Source: Torpedo marmorata (Eukaryota). Taken from it: a stretch of DNA of 64,000 nucleotides. The stretch covers positions 78,988,001 through 79,052,000 of the forward strand of contig OZ360222.1 of NCBI GenBank assembly GCA_977017645.1. Reading direction: 5' to 3'. Position 1 is the stretch's first letter, and every line of letters starts with the position of its first letter. Shown piece by piece: positions 13,091 to 25,030 of this stretch. The translations under genes were made by a program, and so were the position numbers. Under the pieces are notes generated by a model. It did not search any database and was not told the DNA's origin. It saw only the letters and a program-made list of their open reading frames with translations.

Positions 13091-13223
13091 CAGTGGTTTT
13101 CAAACTGCCCCCCTAAACTCACATTCCACCTTAAGCAATCCCTATGCCATAAGTGCTCTGTGATTAGTAAGGGATTGCTTAAGGTGGAATGTGAGTTTAG
13201 GGAGGCAGTTAGAAAAAACACTG
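13091..13223. mobile_element. hAT (Charlie-like) palindromic MITE inside the inferred TGFB2 3'UTR
   Basis: CAGTGGTTTTCAAACTG terminus, ~53-bp inverted arms around a ~26-nt loop, and an 8-bp TSD ATCTAGAA / ATCTAGTA fitting the NTCTAGAN target. Confidence 0.88.
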
Positions 13224-15952
13224 ATCTAGTATAATGAGCATCACAGGCACAAGAATTTTTAAATGGTTTAAGTGAATGCCCTATCCACCTCAGTGAGTCA
13301 TAAGAAGTAATGAGGGGAATCTGGATATTTATTTTATTTATACAACCACATCAGCTTTTTTCCACTGTATATCTTAAGGAAGCTGTCAAAGGTCACTGTT
13401 ATTTCCATGAGTTAACTTGTGAAATTTTAGCACAGAATTTCTTGCATATTTTTCTAGTGACCTTATATTTACTTTGTACTTACGATATGAATGGAAATAG
13501 TCATAATAGTGGGATATTCCCATGGTATAATAATGGAAGACTTTTGAAATTAATATTTAAAATCATAATTAAAATAGCTTTGCTCAATTAAAAACATTGG
13601 AAATAATAAAGGCCTATATTTTAATGAAACAGATTTTTAAAAACAATTTCCAGCTAAGTCATCACTAGCTCTTGAATATTCCTGCTGTCCTTCTCAGATG
13701 TGAGATGCTACCATATAGATGATACATGCTGTTTTGCAGCTATACCTTAACTGTGACACTATAGTTACCACCAAGGATTTTACTGGAGAAATATAGAAAG
13801 GTACCCCTCCCCTGGTAGTCAGACTGTGTAGAAACCCATCTTGCCTGCATTGGTTTTTGATCCGCTCCTTGCTATTTTACTAAAGTAACGAATACTATCC
13901 CAATGATTTGTCTGCACTAATCATTCAAAGCCATATTTTGAGTTAGGCAAGCCATAGTTACTCTGCTGGTTATTCTGATGTCTCTGGACTTAAGTAACAT
14001 CTTGTTGAGGAGTTAATAGCCAGAAGCCACAGATACTGGGTTAAGAAAGGCAAGAAATTCATAAATCCTGATTAAAAAATGGACCACTTTGTAGTTCAGG
14101 ATTAAAACATGGATCTCCTGATCAGGAAGCAGCATTTTAATGTGATGGGGAGATGATATGTGCAATTTGCCACCTTTCAACTGAAGCCCTGAGCAGATAT
14201 GCTTCATGCCTTATCCACCAACAGAGCATAACCAAAGAATTCTGTGTTACTCTTTCACCTTCTGAGGCCATACAATAAATGATAAAAATGAAGCTCTCTT
14301 GGGAAAGCAGACCCATCCCAGTGTTCATAAAGTACATGAAGGAACTCTTTCAATGATGATAAGACATAGGGGTTTCAAGGATCAATGAACCCAAATGATT
14401 TTTTTTCTCTGTGAAAAAAGTACCTGGTTTCCACTTAAAATGGGAATAACACCATTTGAAGAACTGCAGACACACACCCATATTCTCTTACTCCATGTTA
14501 CAGCATCTTACAGCATCCTTTTTTTATCATTAAAAAGGTAAAACATCCAAGTATTATTACTATTGACCAGTTCAGCCTCAAACAGAATGGGTGCCTGGTT
14601 AAAGAAGTGTTAGAGCTGCTAGGCTGTCCTTACAGATAAAATGTTTTAACTTTAGTGTAAACAAAAGCATCACTTTCATATTGTTGTTCTATTTTCTTTA
14701 TTTTTAACAATACTGTACACATTTCAGTTTTGTGTTTGCTAATTGTTCAATCATAAGTAACTGGCAACAATAAAGCATCACATTAATAGATTTAAAAACA
14801 GAAATTATAGCAGAGTTGGAGTTGAAATTTTGTATATAGGTTGATGATCAATTTGGAGAATGGAGAAAAGCTAATGTTAATTAGCACACCTTCTCTTTGA
14901 TAAGCAGAAGCAAGGGGCATTTCCTTAATTGCTGTTAAAGATTAAGTACAGACCCCCAAATTCTGAAAGCTCTGAAAACAAGCCCCATATACTTTGTTCT
15001 CTGCATTTGTTCTTGCAAATACATTTACCCTGGATTTGGAGGAATCTGCTCCTGTTGTGCAGTCTTGCTCAACAGGATTGCAGATTGAAGAGATGGTAGA
15101 AAAATCACTGCACCTGAGTTAATGCTTAGCCAGTTTTTCAGATATTAAAAATTGAGGCCATAATATTACAAGTCCCACAAATTGTGAATGCTGACCTCTG
15201 CACTTCTGAGCTGCACTGGTATAGGAGCATCACATTTTGCACAAAGATCTGTAAACACAATGACAGATTTGCAACAACTGTGGAATTATATCGGCAAAGT
15301 AATATATAACAATTATCATTATTATTTAATGAGTCCAATTTCTGCCAACCCTGATATTCTGGGTATTGAATTTAATAGTTGGAAAATTGGGAGCATTCTC
15401 CATCAATCATGCTGATCGTTGCAGCTAATTACCTACATAGCACTCTTACTGAGTAAGTCTCTGCACCACTACATTTTTGAAATCAATATGTATACAGATG
15501 TTACAACTAATGCAAACTGGGAAAGAAAATGCATTGTCTGAACTGTTACTTTGAAAATTAACTCCAACTTTTAGCCTTCTCACCAAATTATTCAATTCTT
15601 TCTCTTGCCAGAAATTCTTTACCATGAAGACACTTCTCCAATAAGTATTTGGATTTTAAGTGTTCCACTGGCATTCCTTCTTTCTCCCATCACTCTCATT
15701 TTTAGGCCCAAATGCTCTCTGCCAGCATTTCACACCAACATGATTTTTGACCATTCAATTGATTCAAATGTCCTTGTCATTTCCTCCCACACTGACCCAA
15801 TAGCACATCCTCTCATTGAACATTATCAGCAATACATTTGATTATACTTGTACCCTAAGAAAGGAGTATATAGGATGCCAACTGCATGACAATACACAAG
15901 AGATCAAGTAAGGCACGGGACCTGTACAGCATTTCCACTAAGTGGGACTCCT

Positions 15953-15996
15953 TTTATTTCACATATTAACACTTACAATTCTTCCAGTGTTTTATT
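15953..15996 (-). promoter_or_regulatory. Two proximal AATAAA hexamers (candidate short-UTR poly(A) signals)
   Basis: tttatt at 15953-15958 and 15991-15996, about 210-250 nt past the stop codon. Confidence 0.4.
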
Positions 15997-16206
15997 AAAA
16001 AAAATTAAAGATTCTGTGTCTCATCTATCACACTAAAATGGTAGGTGAAGGATAGAAATAAGGCCTTCAATGTACATTTTTGTTCCTTTTCTTTCTGTTG
16101 GTAGTTAAATGAAAAAAAAAGTTTCCAAATAGTTCAAACTAGTACCGTGTATTGTTCTTTTGTTTAACACTGATGAACCTGGGATTTTCAAGGGATGTAT
16201 TCATTC

Positions 16207-16365
16207 TTAGCTGCATTTACAAGACTTAACAATCATATTTGAAAGGTGTTCAATTTTGGGATTTTTGCCAATGAAGTAGAGGATCGTCAGCGGCTCCAGG
16301 TCTTGAGAAACACAGCAAGGGGAGGCGGAAGCTTCAGGGTTTATATTGTTGTACAGGCCAAGTAT
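16207..16365 (-). CDS. TGFB2: TGF-beta2 exon 7 coding part (C-terminus and TAA stop), 159 nt
   Basis: tttatttcag|ATA CTT GGC...TGC AGC TAA. Translates to [52 protein letters not shown]. The mature ligand totals 112 aa with 9 Cys; ALDAA, VSQDLE and I92/K94 are diagnostic of the beta2 paralogue. Confidence 0.98.
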   Translation of the reverse strand: MLGLYNNINPEASASPCCVSQDLEPLTILYFIGKNPKIEHLSNMIVKSCKCS

Positions 16366-17172
16366 CTGAAATAAAGAAAACATCATTTAGTCTGCCAAGT
16401 AATCTTTTAGAAAAAAAAAACATAGTCATATGGCCTGTGGTCATTCTGGTAGGAAGTTTATGTATGACTGGAGGAATAAATGGTCACTTGAGAGATGTTT
16501 TAAACAAACACTACCATACTGGGAGAAAGGTGCTGTTGTTTGAACATAGGCAAAAAAGAATTGTTTTCTGGTTTTTAATTTAATAAAACAACATCACAGA
16601 AGCATTTTACAATAAAAGGTGGCATTTGATCTTAAAAGAACATTCATTAATGGATCCAGATGGCAGTGAAAATATTTCATATAAATCCATGGCAATGTGC
16701 AAAATGTTGCCACTATAACAGTTTGCCACCTTTTGGCATCTGTAAATATTTTTGCTGACTTGAAGGGCCCTGATACATCTCGCTATATTTTTTCACAACC
16801 AGATTTCATTAAAAAGGTTTGCATAATGTGCTGACTGCACTAAAATGCTCCGTTATTCGGACTGCAATGTGCTCAAATTGACTACCTAATTACTCTAAAG
16901 ATTTGACTGCTACCATGTCATGGGACAAAATTTCATTGACCAGAATTCTTGCTTTTTGCTTCAAAAAGGTTTCAGGTGGACCATTGGGGATGACATTGTG
17001 AATCTTGGGTGTATTCATTGAGAACACACCAAAACCAATGCAGCCAGTGGCAGCAGAACCAAACTATTCACACCCTGGTCCTGTCAAACCCTGCTTGCTC
17101 AACTTGTAAGCAAAGTCAACAGCTTCCACATTTGGCATAATCAGATTTTTTGTTCTATGTTCTCACTTAGCT

Positions 17173-18895
17173 TAGAACATAGAACAGAAAACACGACAGC
17201 ACAGTACAGGCCCTCGATGTTGTGCCGACCCATACAGTATATTCCTAAAAAATAAGTACTAAACCCTCCCTACCCCGTAACCCTCTATTTTTCTTCCATC
17301 CATGTGCCTGTCTAACAGTCTCTTAAATGCCCCTAATGTTTCAGCCTCCACCAACATCCCTGGCAAGGTATTCCAGGCACGCACAACTCTCTGCGTAAAA
17401 AACTTACCCCTGATGTCTCCCCTAAACTTCCCTCCCTTCACTTTGTACATATGTCCTCTGGTGTTTGCTATTCCTGCCCTGGGAAACAGGCGCTGGCTGT
17501 CCACCCTATCTATGCCCAGGGCTGGATTAAGCTAGTGTGGGGCCTGTAGCAGAAAGGACACTTACCTGCATGCGCGACCATGTTTCTTCATGAGGGGGAA
17601 GTGTGACGGCGGCACACGAAGTGCCGACTCGCGCATGCGCGATGAGGGGAAGTGTGACGGAAGCGCATGAAGCGCCAGCTGGCACGTGCACAATGATGCG
17701 GGGCCCGCAGCATATGCTACTTTTGCTACTAGGTTAATCCGGCACTGTCTATGCCTCTCATAATCTTGTAGACCTCTATTAAGTCTCTTCTCATCCTTCT
17801 ATTCTCCAAAGAAAAAAGTCCCAGCTCTGCTAACCTTGCCTCATAAGACTTATTTTCCAATTCAGGTAAAATCCTGGTACTTCTCCTCTGCACCCTCTCC
17901 ATGGCTTCCACATCCTTCCTGTAATGAGGTGACCAGAAATGAACACAATAATCTAAGTGTGGTCTTTCCAGAGATTTGTAGAGTTGCAACATGACCTTTC
18001 TACTCTTGAACTCAATCCCCCTATTAATGAAGCCCAGCATCCCATAGGCCTTCTTAACTATACTATCAACCTGGGCGGCAACCTTGAGGGATGTATGGAT
18101 TTGGACCCCAAGGTCCCTCTGTTCATCCACTCTCTTAAGTAACCGACCATTAACCCTGTACTCAGCCTTCTGGTTTGTCCTTCCAAAATGCATCACCTCA
18201 CACTTATCCGGATTGAACTCCATCTGCCACTTCTCCGCCCAACTCTGCATCCTGTCTATATCCTCTTATAACCTTCAACAACCTTCAGCTCCATCCACAA
18301 CTCCTCCAACCTTCGTATCATACACAATCTTACTAACCCATCCTTCCGCCTCTTCATCCGGTCATTTATAAAAATCACAAAGAGCAAGGGTCCCAGAACA
18401 GATCCTTGCAGTACTCCACTAGTCACTGACCTCCAGGCAGAATACTTTCCTTCCACTACTACTCTCTGCTTTCTACCTGCAAGCCATTTTTTTATCACAC
18501 AGCCAAGGTTCCATGGATCCCATGCCTCATGACTTTCTGAACGAGTCTCTCATGGGGGACCTTGTCAAATGCGGCCCCTGCGGCCAAACAGGACTCAAAG
18601 ATCATAGCTACTGCCCCAGCTATCTCTTCCCTCACTTCCCACAGCAACCTGGGGTATATCGCGTCCAGCCCCGGGGATTTATCAATCTTGATGTTTTTAA
18701 GAAGATCCAACACTTCCTCTTCCTTAATCTCCACATTGTCCAGCACACAAACCTGTTCTATTCTGATCTCACCCTGATCAAGGTCCTTTTCTCTTGTGAA
18801 TACTGAAGCAAAGTATTCATTTAGGACCTCCCCAACCTCCTCCACCTCCAAGCACATGTTGCCTCCTTTATCCTTTAGCGGCCCCACCTTCATTG
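17173..18895 (-). mobile_element. CR1/HER1-type LINE, 5'-truncated and internally deleted, in TGFB2 intron 6
   Basis: RT fragments [51 protein letters not shown] and FFTQRVVRAWN; agaacatag-type tail. Confidence 0.92.
17517..17747. mobile_element. hAT (Tip100-like) MITE inserted in the CR1
   Basis: TIRs CAGGGCTGGATTAA / TTAATCCGGCACTG and a perfect 8-bp TSD TCTATGCC (17509-17516 / 17748-17755). Confidence 0.9.
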
Positions 18896-19186
18896 ACTAA
18901 TATAGTGTTGTGGGTTGTCAAAACAATTTAGTATTCCTCTTCATTGGGATTTTTTCATCAGAGTCCAGAATAATTAAATGTATGCAACAACGTGTGAATG
19001 AAAAATAATACCATTCACAGCCATAGAAAGGCACCCAATTCCGGAAAGTTTATAAAAATCAAGCAAAGATAGCTCGGACCTATTTTTATTCTTTTTTCCA
19101 CTTCTTTCTCCAACTAATGTGCAGATGTTAGTTGGTAAATGTGCTTTAGCATGACTTGGCCATCATTTACATATTTCTATTGAGTA

Positions 19187-19468
19187 GGGCGGCATGGTTA
19201 GCGTAGCCGTTAGCGCAACTCTGTTATAGCGGCAGCAACTGGAACCAGGGTTCAAATCCCGCGCTGTCTGTAAGGAGTTTGTACGTTCTCCCTGTGTTTG
19301 CGTGGGTTTCCTCCGGGTGCTCCGGTTTCCTCCCACCATTGAAAAGCGTAACGGGAGTTTGTAGGTCAATTGGGTGTAATTGGGTGGCACGGGCTTGTGG
19401 GCCGAAAGGGCCTGTTACTGTACTGTATGTCTAAAGTTTTTGAAAAAAGTAAATTTTAATTTAAATAA
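19187..19468 (+). mobile_element. tRNA-derived V-domain SINE
   Basis: gggcggcatggttagcgtag...ggttcaaatcc head, V-domain and AT tail; similar to 8110 and 29866. Confidence 0.88.
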
Positions 19469-19719
19469 TTGTCCAATTTTTCATGTTTTCAAGAAGAAAA
19501 TAACACATGCCTGATTTCCAGCACAGTAAATAGATCAAACTACATGGCAAACTGGAGGACTCAGAGGAGAGAAATGAACAATCAGTGTTTCAGGTTGAAA
19601 CACTTAATTGAGACAAACCATATGGTAGGAGCAGTTAACAATATTGTAAAATACCAGAATATGAGAAGTGTTCACAGTAATAGTGTTAATATGAACTTGC
19701 AGCCCCAGATAGTACCTAC

Positions 19720-19873
19720 CTGACTGTGTTGAGTATCTGAGCTCCACAAGTATGGACAGGCCCCAGCACAGAAGTTGGCATTGTAGCCCTTGGGTTCATG
19801 AATCCACTTCCACCCTAGGTCTCTTCGGAAGTCAATGTACAATGGGCGTAAACAGCAATTGTCCTGTACATTT
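19720..19873 (-). CDS. TGFB2: TGF-beta2 exon 6 (mature cystine-knot domain), 154 nt
   Basis: taaacag|A AAT GTA CAG...AGT CAG|gtaggt. Translates to [51 protein letters not shown]. Confidence 0.98.
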
Positions 19874-20296
19874 CTGTTTAATGAACAAAAAGTTTAATTT
19901 AAGTATAAGAATATATGAATTTTTGCTGATTTATTCTTCAATTTCTGTTCTATTTCCCTGGAATTTCTGGCATGCGAGAATAAGGCTGCAGCAGGATGCA
20001 TTTTGTACTTGGGAATATGGGTGTGATCATGAATGATGGCATTTATTGCCCATGTCAATCTGTCAGGAACTGATAACACTGAGTTGCTTGTTAAGCCACT
20101 TCATACAGGTGCTCCCAGATAATCAGAATTTATACGTCAAATAAAAACAGTTTTAAAATAAATATATTTGCCTATATCTACTTAGACTCAATGAATAATC
20201 TTCAGTTGCTGTGGCAATTTTTAAAAAAAACTATCAACTCAGTGCTCAGCTACAATTAAAAAAGGGCAAACAAGCTTGTGTTTTGTACAAACAGAT

Positions 20297-20665
20297 ACGT
20301 TTTTTTTTTACATAGAACTTACGTGATTTTTCCGTTCTGAAGTGTCTCCCTACCTTCCGGGAATGGCCGTTCAAACAGGAACGACCAAAACTCCAAATAT
20401 CCGTATCACATCGCGAGTTTAGACAGAATACCTGAAGTGCGGTATTTAAGGAGGCTGGACGTCCTATTCATTAGCCCGTTGTTCACGGATCGCCTGCAGT
20501 TCAGTTTAGACTGCAGGCGATCCGTGAAAATAACTAGGGGTCGAGGAGGTAAAATTTCGGAACAGGAATGAGTCCCTTATTCCCATTATGATCTTTTTAC
20601 ACAGACTGCGTTCCGGGAATTTTGGAATAATTTCCTGGAACACAGCGGCTGTGTAAAAAACATAA
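20297..20665. mobile_element. CpG-rich MITE-like element with internal hairpins (possibly Harbinger-related)
   Basis: Imperfect TIRs (gtttt..ttacatag / ctgtgtaaaaaac), a perfect 19-bp-arm hairpin, and an aggggtcgagg motif shared with the MITE at 50454. Confidence 0.55.
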
Positions 20666-20912
20666 TTGAGAGTATAACTGACATGGGATAGTACCACTCC
20701 TGTGCAAGGTGTTGTCTGGGACTATCTTAATTACTTTGGCGTGACCTTATTGAGGACAGCAGCTACCACATTCAGGAAACAACTTCCATCTGTTCAGTCA
20801 GGAGTGCGATTGAAGTTCAGATGTTTACCAAATCTAGTGTTAAATGCTGCATTTTGTGTGCTTGGCACACTCACATTCAAAGAATTCAGATGGACTCAAT
20901 TAATGATAATAA

Positions 20913-21095
20913 TAGTAAAAACACACCGAAATGCTGGAGGAACTCAGCTGGTCTTTTCAAGGAAGAAGGGCTCAGGCCTGAAACATCAGCAATATATCTT
21001 GGTCCCCTAGACGCTGAAAAGACCAGCTGAGTTCCTCCAGCATTTCGGTGTGTTTTTACTACCATCACAGCATCTGCAGACTTTCATGTTTCACT
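20913..21095 (+). mobile_element. Short Penelope terminal fragment with 5' inverted duplication
   Basis: 20914-20959 is the exact reverse complement of 21015-21060. Flanked by an imperfect direct repeat actcaa(t/c)t(a/g)atgataataa. Confidence 0.8.
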
Positions 21096-21524
21096 CAACT
21101 GATGATAATAACTACTGGGAAATTGGATCACATCACACAATGGCTTAATGTGAGGAATTCAATGTGTCTGAAAAGTAAAAAGTAATTGCATATCAGGGAT
21201 GTGCACGATGAAGCCTGTGAGTTTTGTCCTGAAGCCTCATGGCCTGATGTCTCCTACACCAACTGCAGGCCTTGAGTGTAGGAACATGCATTCATAGCAC
21301 CTGTGTAAGTGACTTAAAGCACTCGTCCCTGAGCAGGTACCAAGCGGGCACCAGGAATCTGACTCGAGCAAGCTTCCCCTCAGTAGTTCTGGCACTCCTT
21401 CAGGACCACCGCACCGGTAACAGTACCTAAACTTTCCCTAGCTCATAAACCTTACCTGACCCCATACCCATCCACCAATCTGCCAACTTAATCAAACCCA
21501 ACTATCCTCCACATCTGACACTCC

Positions 21525-22222
21525 TCTGCCATCTATTGTATCTGGTGTTCTCGTTATGGCCTCCTCTACATTGGAGAGACTGGACGCAGACTGGGAGATC
21601 GTTTCGTTGAGCATCTTCACTCTGTCCGCTGCAATCGCGGGGATCTCCCAGTGGCAACCCATTTTAATTTCCTGCCCCTTTCCCATGCTAATATGTCTGT
21701 CCATGGCTTCATGCACTGCCACACTGAGGCCACATGAAAGTTGGAGGAATAGCACATCATATTCCAACTGGGCACCCTCCAACTAGATGGTATTAACATC
21801 GATTTCTCTGGTTTCCATTAGCACCCCCTCCCCCACCACCTTCTCCCCCCTTCCTCATTGCTACCTACTTTCTTCTAGCTCTCTCTTTTCCTTTCCCTCT
21901 GTCTCCTTTCCTCTAGCTCTGCATTCACAGAGCCACCCCTCCCCAGGTCAATTCTCACCTTTCCTTGCCTGTTCTATCCATGTCCAATTATCACCTTTTG
22001 TCTGTTGGCCTTTGCTCCAACCCATGCCCTTTCTTCCCTTCTCCCCAGCCCTTTTATTCAGGCGCTTGCCTGCTTTTTGCTCATACCTTGAAGAAGGGCT
22101 CAGGCCCGAAACATTAGTTATATAACTTTACCTCCTATGGACGCTGCAAGACCTGCTGAGTTCCTCCAGCACTTTTGTGTTTTACTACAACCACAGTGTC
22201 TGCAGACTTTCGTGTTTCACTC
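21525..22222 (+). mobile_element. Penelope-like element (GIY-YIG remnant plus 3' terminal repeat)
   Basis: Homologous to 50060-51127 and 57900-58505; encodes LLYIGETGRRLGDRFVEHL; hammerhead motif at 22084-22119. Confidence 0.85.
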
Positions 22223-23329
22223 TAACCACTAGCCCCTGCCTGAGCATTGACCCTATCCCCAACCATCAATCCCACATGCTTGACTGCCAACCACATCTCC
22301 TGACTGCCCATCCCATCCTAAACTACTGATCCTAATCTATGGGCTGACTTTATCGCCAACTCCTACACCATAGGTTACTGATCTTAACCACAGACAATGA
22401 ACCTATTCCTAGACAACCAAACCCACCTATTACCATCAATTTACCCCTTGATTACTTATCCCCACTCTGGAGGCTAACAACCCCAAATAGATGAAATTGA
22501 GAGTGGAGAAAAAAGGTTACCAGAAAAATGGGCTAATGGAATTTGGCATTTACATGGAGGGGAATTTAATTTACACAAAATGATGAATGCTTCCAAATGG
22601 AGTGTCCTGCACAGAGGACTGAAGACATAATATAAGCACTATATTTAAGGGGAAGGGTAGAAAATCAGGGGTAGCAAGGAGAAAACTCTTAAGTCTTAGC
22701 AACACAATTTTACTATTTTGGGGTTCATTCAGGAATTTCATAATGGTGGGAAAGAAACTGTCTTTGAATCTGGTGGCATAACCAAAAGCTATGAGCAGGG
22801 GTAAACATTATATAGAGCGAGAGTACACAGTTTAGGAAAAGTGAGTGAGAACGTATGAGAATGTGAAATGCTTTACAGTAAATGGCGATCAATAATATGT
22901 TTTATACAGCTTTCAAAAAGTTTGCCAATGGGGAAATGAAACAAAAGGGGGAATAAGCTGCAGCTTGAAGACAGAACAATGGAGTTGCAGGTGAAAGCCA
23001 ATGTAGAGGTTCTGGAGAAGGTTAGAGCGGGTAGAGGGGCAACCACAAATGATTTACAACCTAAACCATTCAATGCTTGAGGCTCTGTTTCACAGTTGGC
23101 AATTGATGTGAGATCAATTCCAATTTTGAAATCAATTGATAGTTATTTGTTGGCCTAAACTATTAAAGGAGACAGGCGTACAGAACTAAGATTGCATTTT
23201 GACGAGTTCAGTGAATGATGGAATAGATTCAAAGACTCAACGTCCAACTACTGTTCCAATGTTCCTGTAAAAAGTGATCTTCAGCTTTATTAGTGAAGAT
23301 TCAAGTAATGTTTGAAGAGAAGGGTATGG

Positions 23330-25030
23330 AATAAGACCACAAGAAATAGGATCAGGTTGAAGCCACATAGCCTAATGAACCTTTAAACAAGATCGTAGCT
23401 GATCTCACACGGTTGCAGCTCCACTTGCCTGTTTGTCCTCTATAACCATTGATTCTTATATAGTCCACAACTCTGTCTATCCCAGACTTGAAGATATATT
23501 CAATGACTGTCTCCACAACCCTCTATTGAAAAGAAATATGATTTGTGATCCCCTGAGACCTCTTAAATGGGTGACCCCCTTATTCTGAAACTATGCCCCC
23601 AAGTTCCAGATAATGCAACCCCACATCTCTCCTAAGTGGAAACATCCTCTCAGAATTTGGTTTGTCAACCTACCTCGGAATCTTATATGTTTCAATAAGA
23701 TAACTTTTCATCCTTCCAAACTTCAATAAACATCAGCTCAAACTGCTCAATCTTTCCTCATATGACAATCTCCTTGGGGTCAACCAAGAATACCTGTCTG
23801 AATTGTTTCCAATGTAAGTATACCTTGTGATATCAAGAGATCAAAATTGAAGGCAGCACTTCAGGTGTGATCTTGTCTGTGCCTTGTACAGTTGCAACAA
23901 GACTTCCTGCTTTTATACTTCACAATAAACCCATTTGCCTTTCTTATCACTTGTTGCACCTGCATGTTAGCTCTCTATGGTTCATATGAAGGGACCCAGT
24001 TCCTTGTTTCTTAGGATTCTACAATCTCCTTTCATTAAAGTAACCTTTCTGCTTTACCACTCTTCCTATCAAATTGGTTAACTTCCAAGGGTCTTTTGTA
24101 CAGTCTACATGGTTTTGTCCAAAAGTTTATGATTTTTGGTTGAAAGTTAAACATTTTTTAGATAAAGTATTTAAGATTACATTTCCAATGGATCCTATGA
24201 TATTTTTGTTTGGAGATATTAGAAAATTTAGTATTAAGATGAAATTAAATATGTATCAAATAGAATTTTTGCGAATTGCTTTAGCTGTTTCAAAGAAATG
24301 TATTGCTATTACTTGGAAGTCTGATTTAGATTTAGGATTAGAAAGATGGCATGCAGAACTTCGTTCGTGTATACCACTTGAAAAAATTACTTATAATTTA
24401 CGTAACAAATATCATTTCTTTTTAAAAATTTGGAGCCCATATATGAAAGTTGTTGGTTTAAGGATTTGAAGATCTCTGGATATCGGATCTACTGGCATAC
24501 TTGACCTCCATAATAGAATTAGTTTATAGATTAGCATTCTCCTTACTCTATCTTTTTCTTTCTTTTTTCTTCTACTTTTTCTATTTTTATTCTATATTTT
24601 TATTTTTATTAGATTAGTGGGGTTGGGAGGGTTGGGGAGGGGAGGGGGGGTGAAAATGTATCACAAATACTTTGATAATTTTATATTTTATTTTATGTAT
24701 TTTGTGATTTAAAATTTTTAAATAAAATATTAAAAAAAAAAAATTGGTTAACTTCCCATTTTCTTACATAATACTCCATATGTCAATTTGTCCTCTCTCT
24801 TTCTGCCTATATTTCTTTGTATTCTCCTCACAATTTACTTTCCTTCTTATAGCATGGTCAGCAAATATTTCCACACTGCACTTAATCCTTTCATCTAAGT
24901 CATTAATATAGATTGTAAATATATAGAGGCTCCAGCATTACTTTGACTTTATAGCTTACAAACTACTCAAAATAACTCATTTATTCTGATTCTATTTTCT
25001 GCTAATTAGCCAATCCCCTAGCCAGGCTGA
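23330..25030 (-). mobile_element. Old CR1-type LINE interrupted by an L1 fragment
   Basis: ataagacc.caagaaatagga tail and a degenerate CR1 body on both sides of the L1 insert. Confidence 0.65.
24087..24740 (+). mobile_element. 5'-truncated L1 (ORF2 C-terminus, 3'UTR, poly(A))
   Basis: WFCPKV...KKCIAITWK...CIPLEKITY...FLKIWSPY, a G-tract, AATAAA plus poly(A), and a 16-bp TSD AAATTGGTTAACTTCC (24071-24086 / 24741-24756). Confidence 0.9.

Larger units (their letters stand above)
12120..16206 (-). other. TGFB2: Long TGFB2 3'UTR (~4 kb to a distal poly(A) signal)
   Basis: Follows the stop codon and is nearly free of transposons. It contains blocks resembling the mammalian TGFB2 UTR as I recall it (GGTTCATCAGTGTTAAA, TTGAAGGCCTTATT, AATAAAACACTGGAAGAATT, TTGTGGTGCTCTAGTGGTTAAATAAATTATTTC). 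The 3' end is inferred. Confidence 0.65.

Noticed and set aside
22223-22490. Interstitial telomere-like tract (ccta/aacc-rich)
   Set aside because: No run of TTAGGG/CCCTAA units; only a degenerate C-rich low-complexity repeat.
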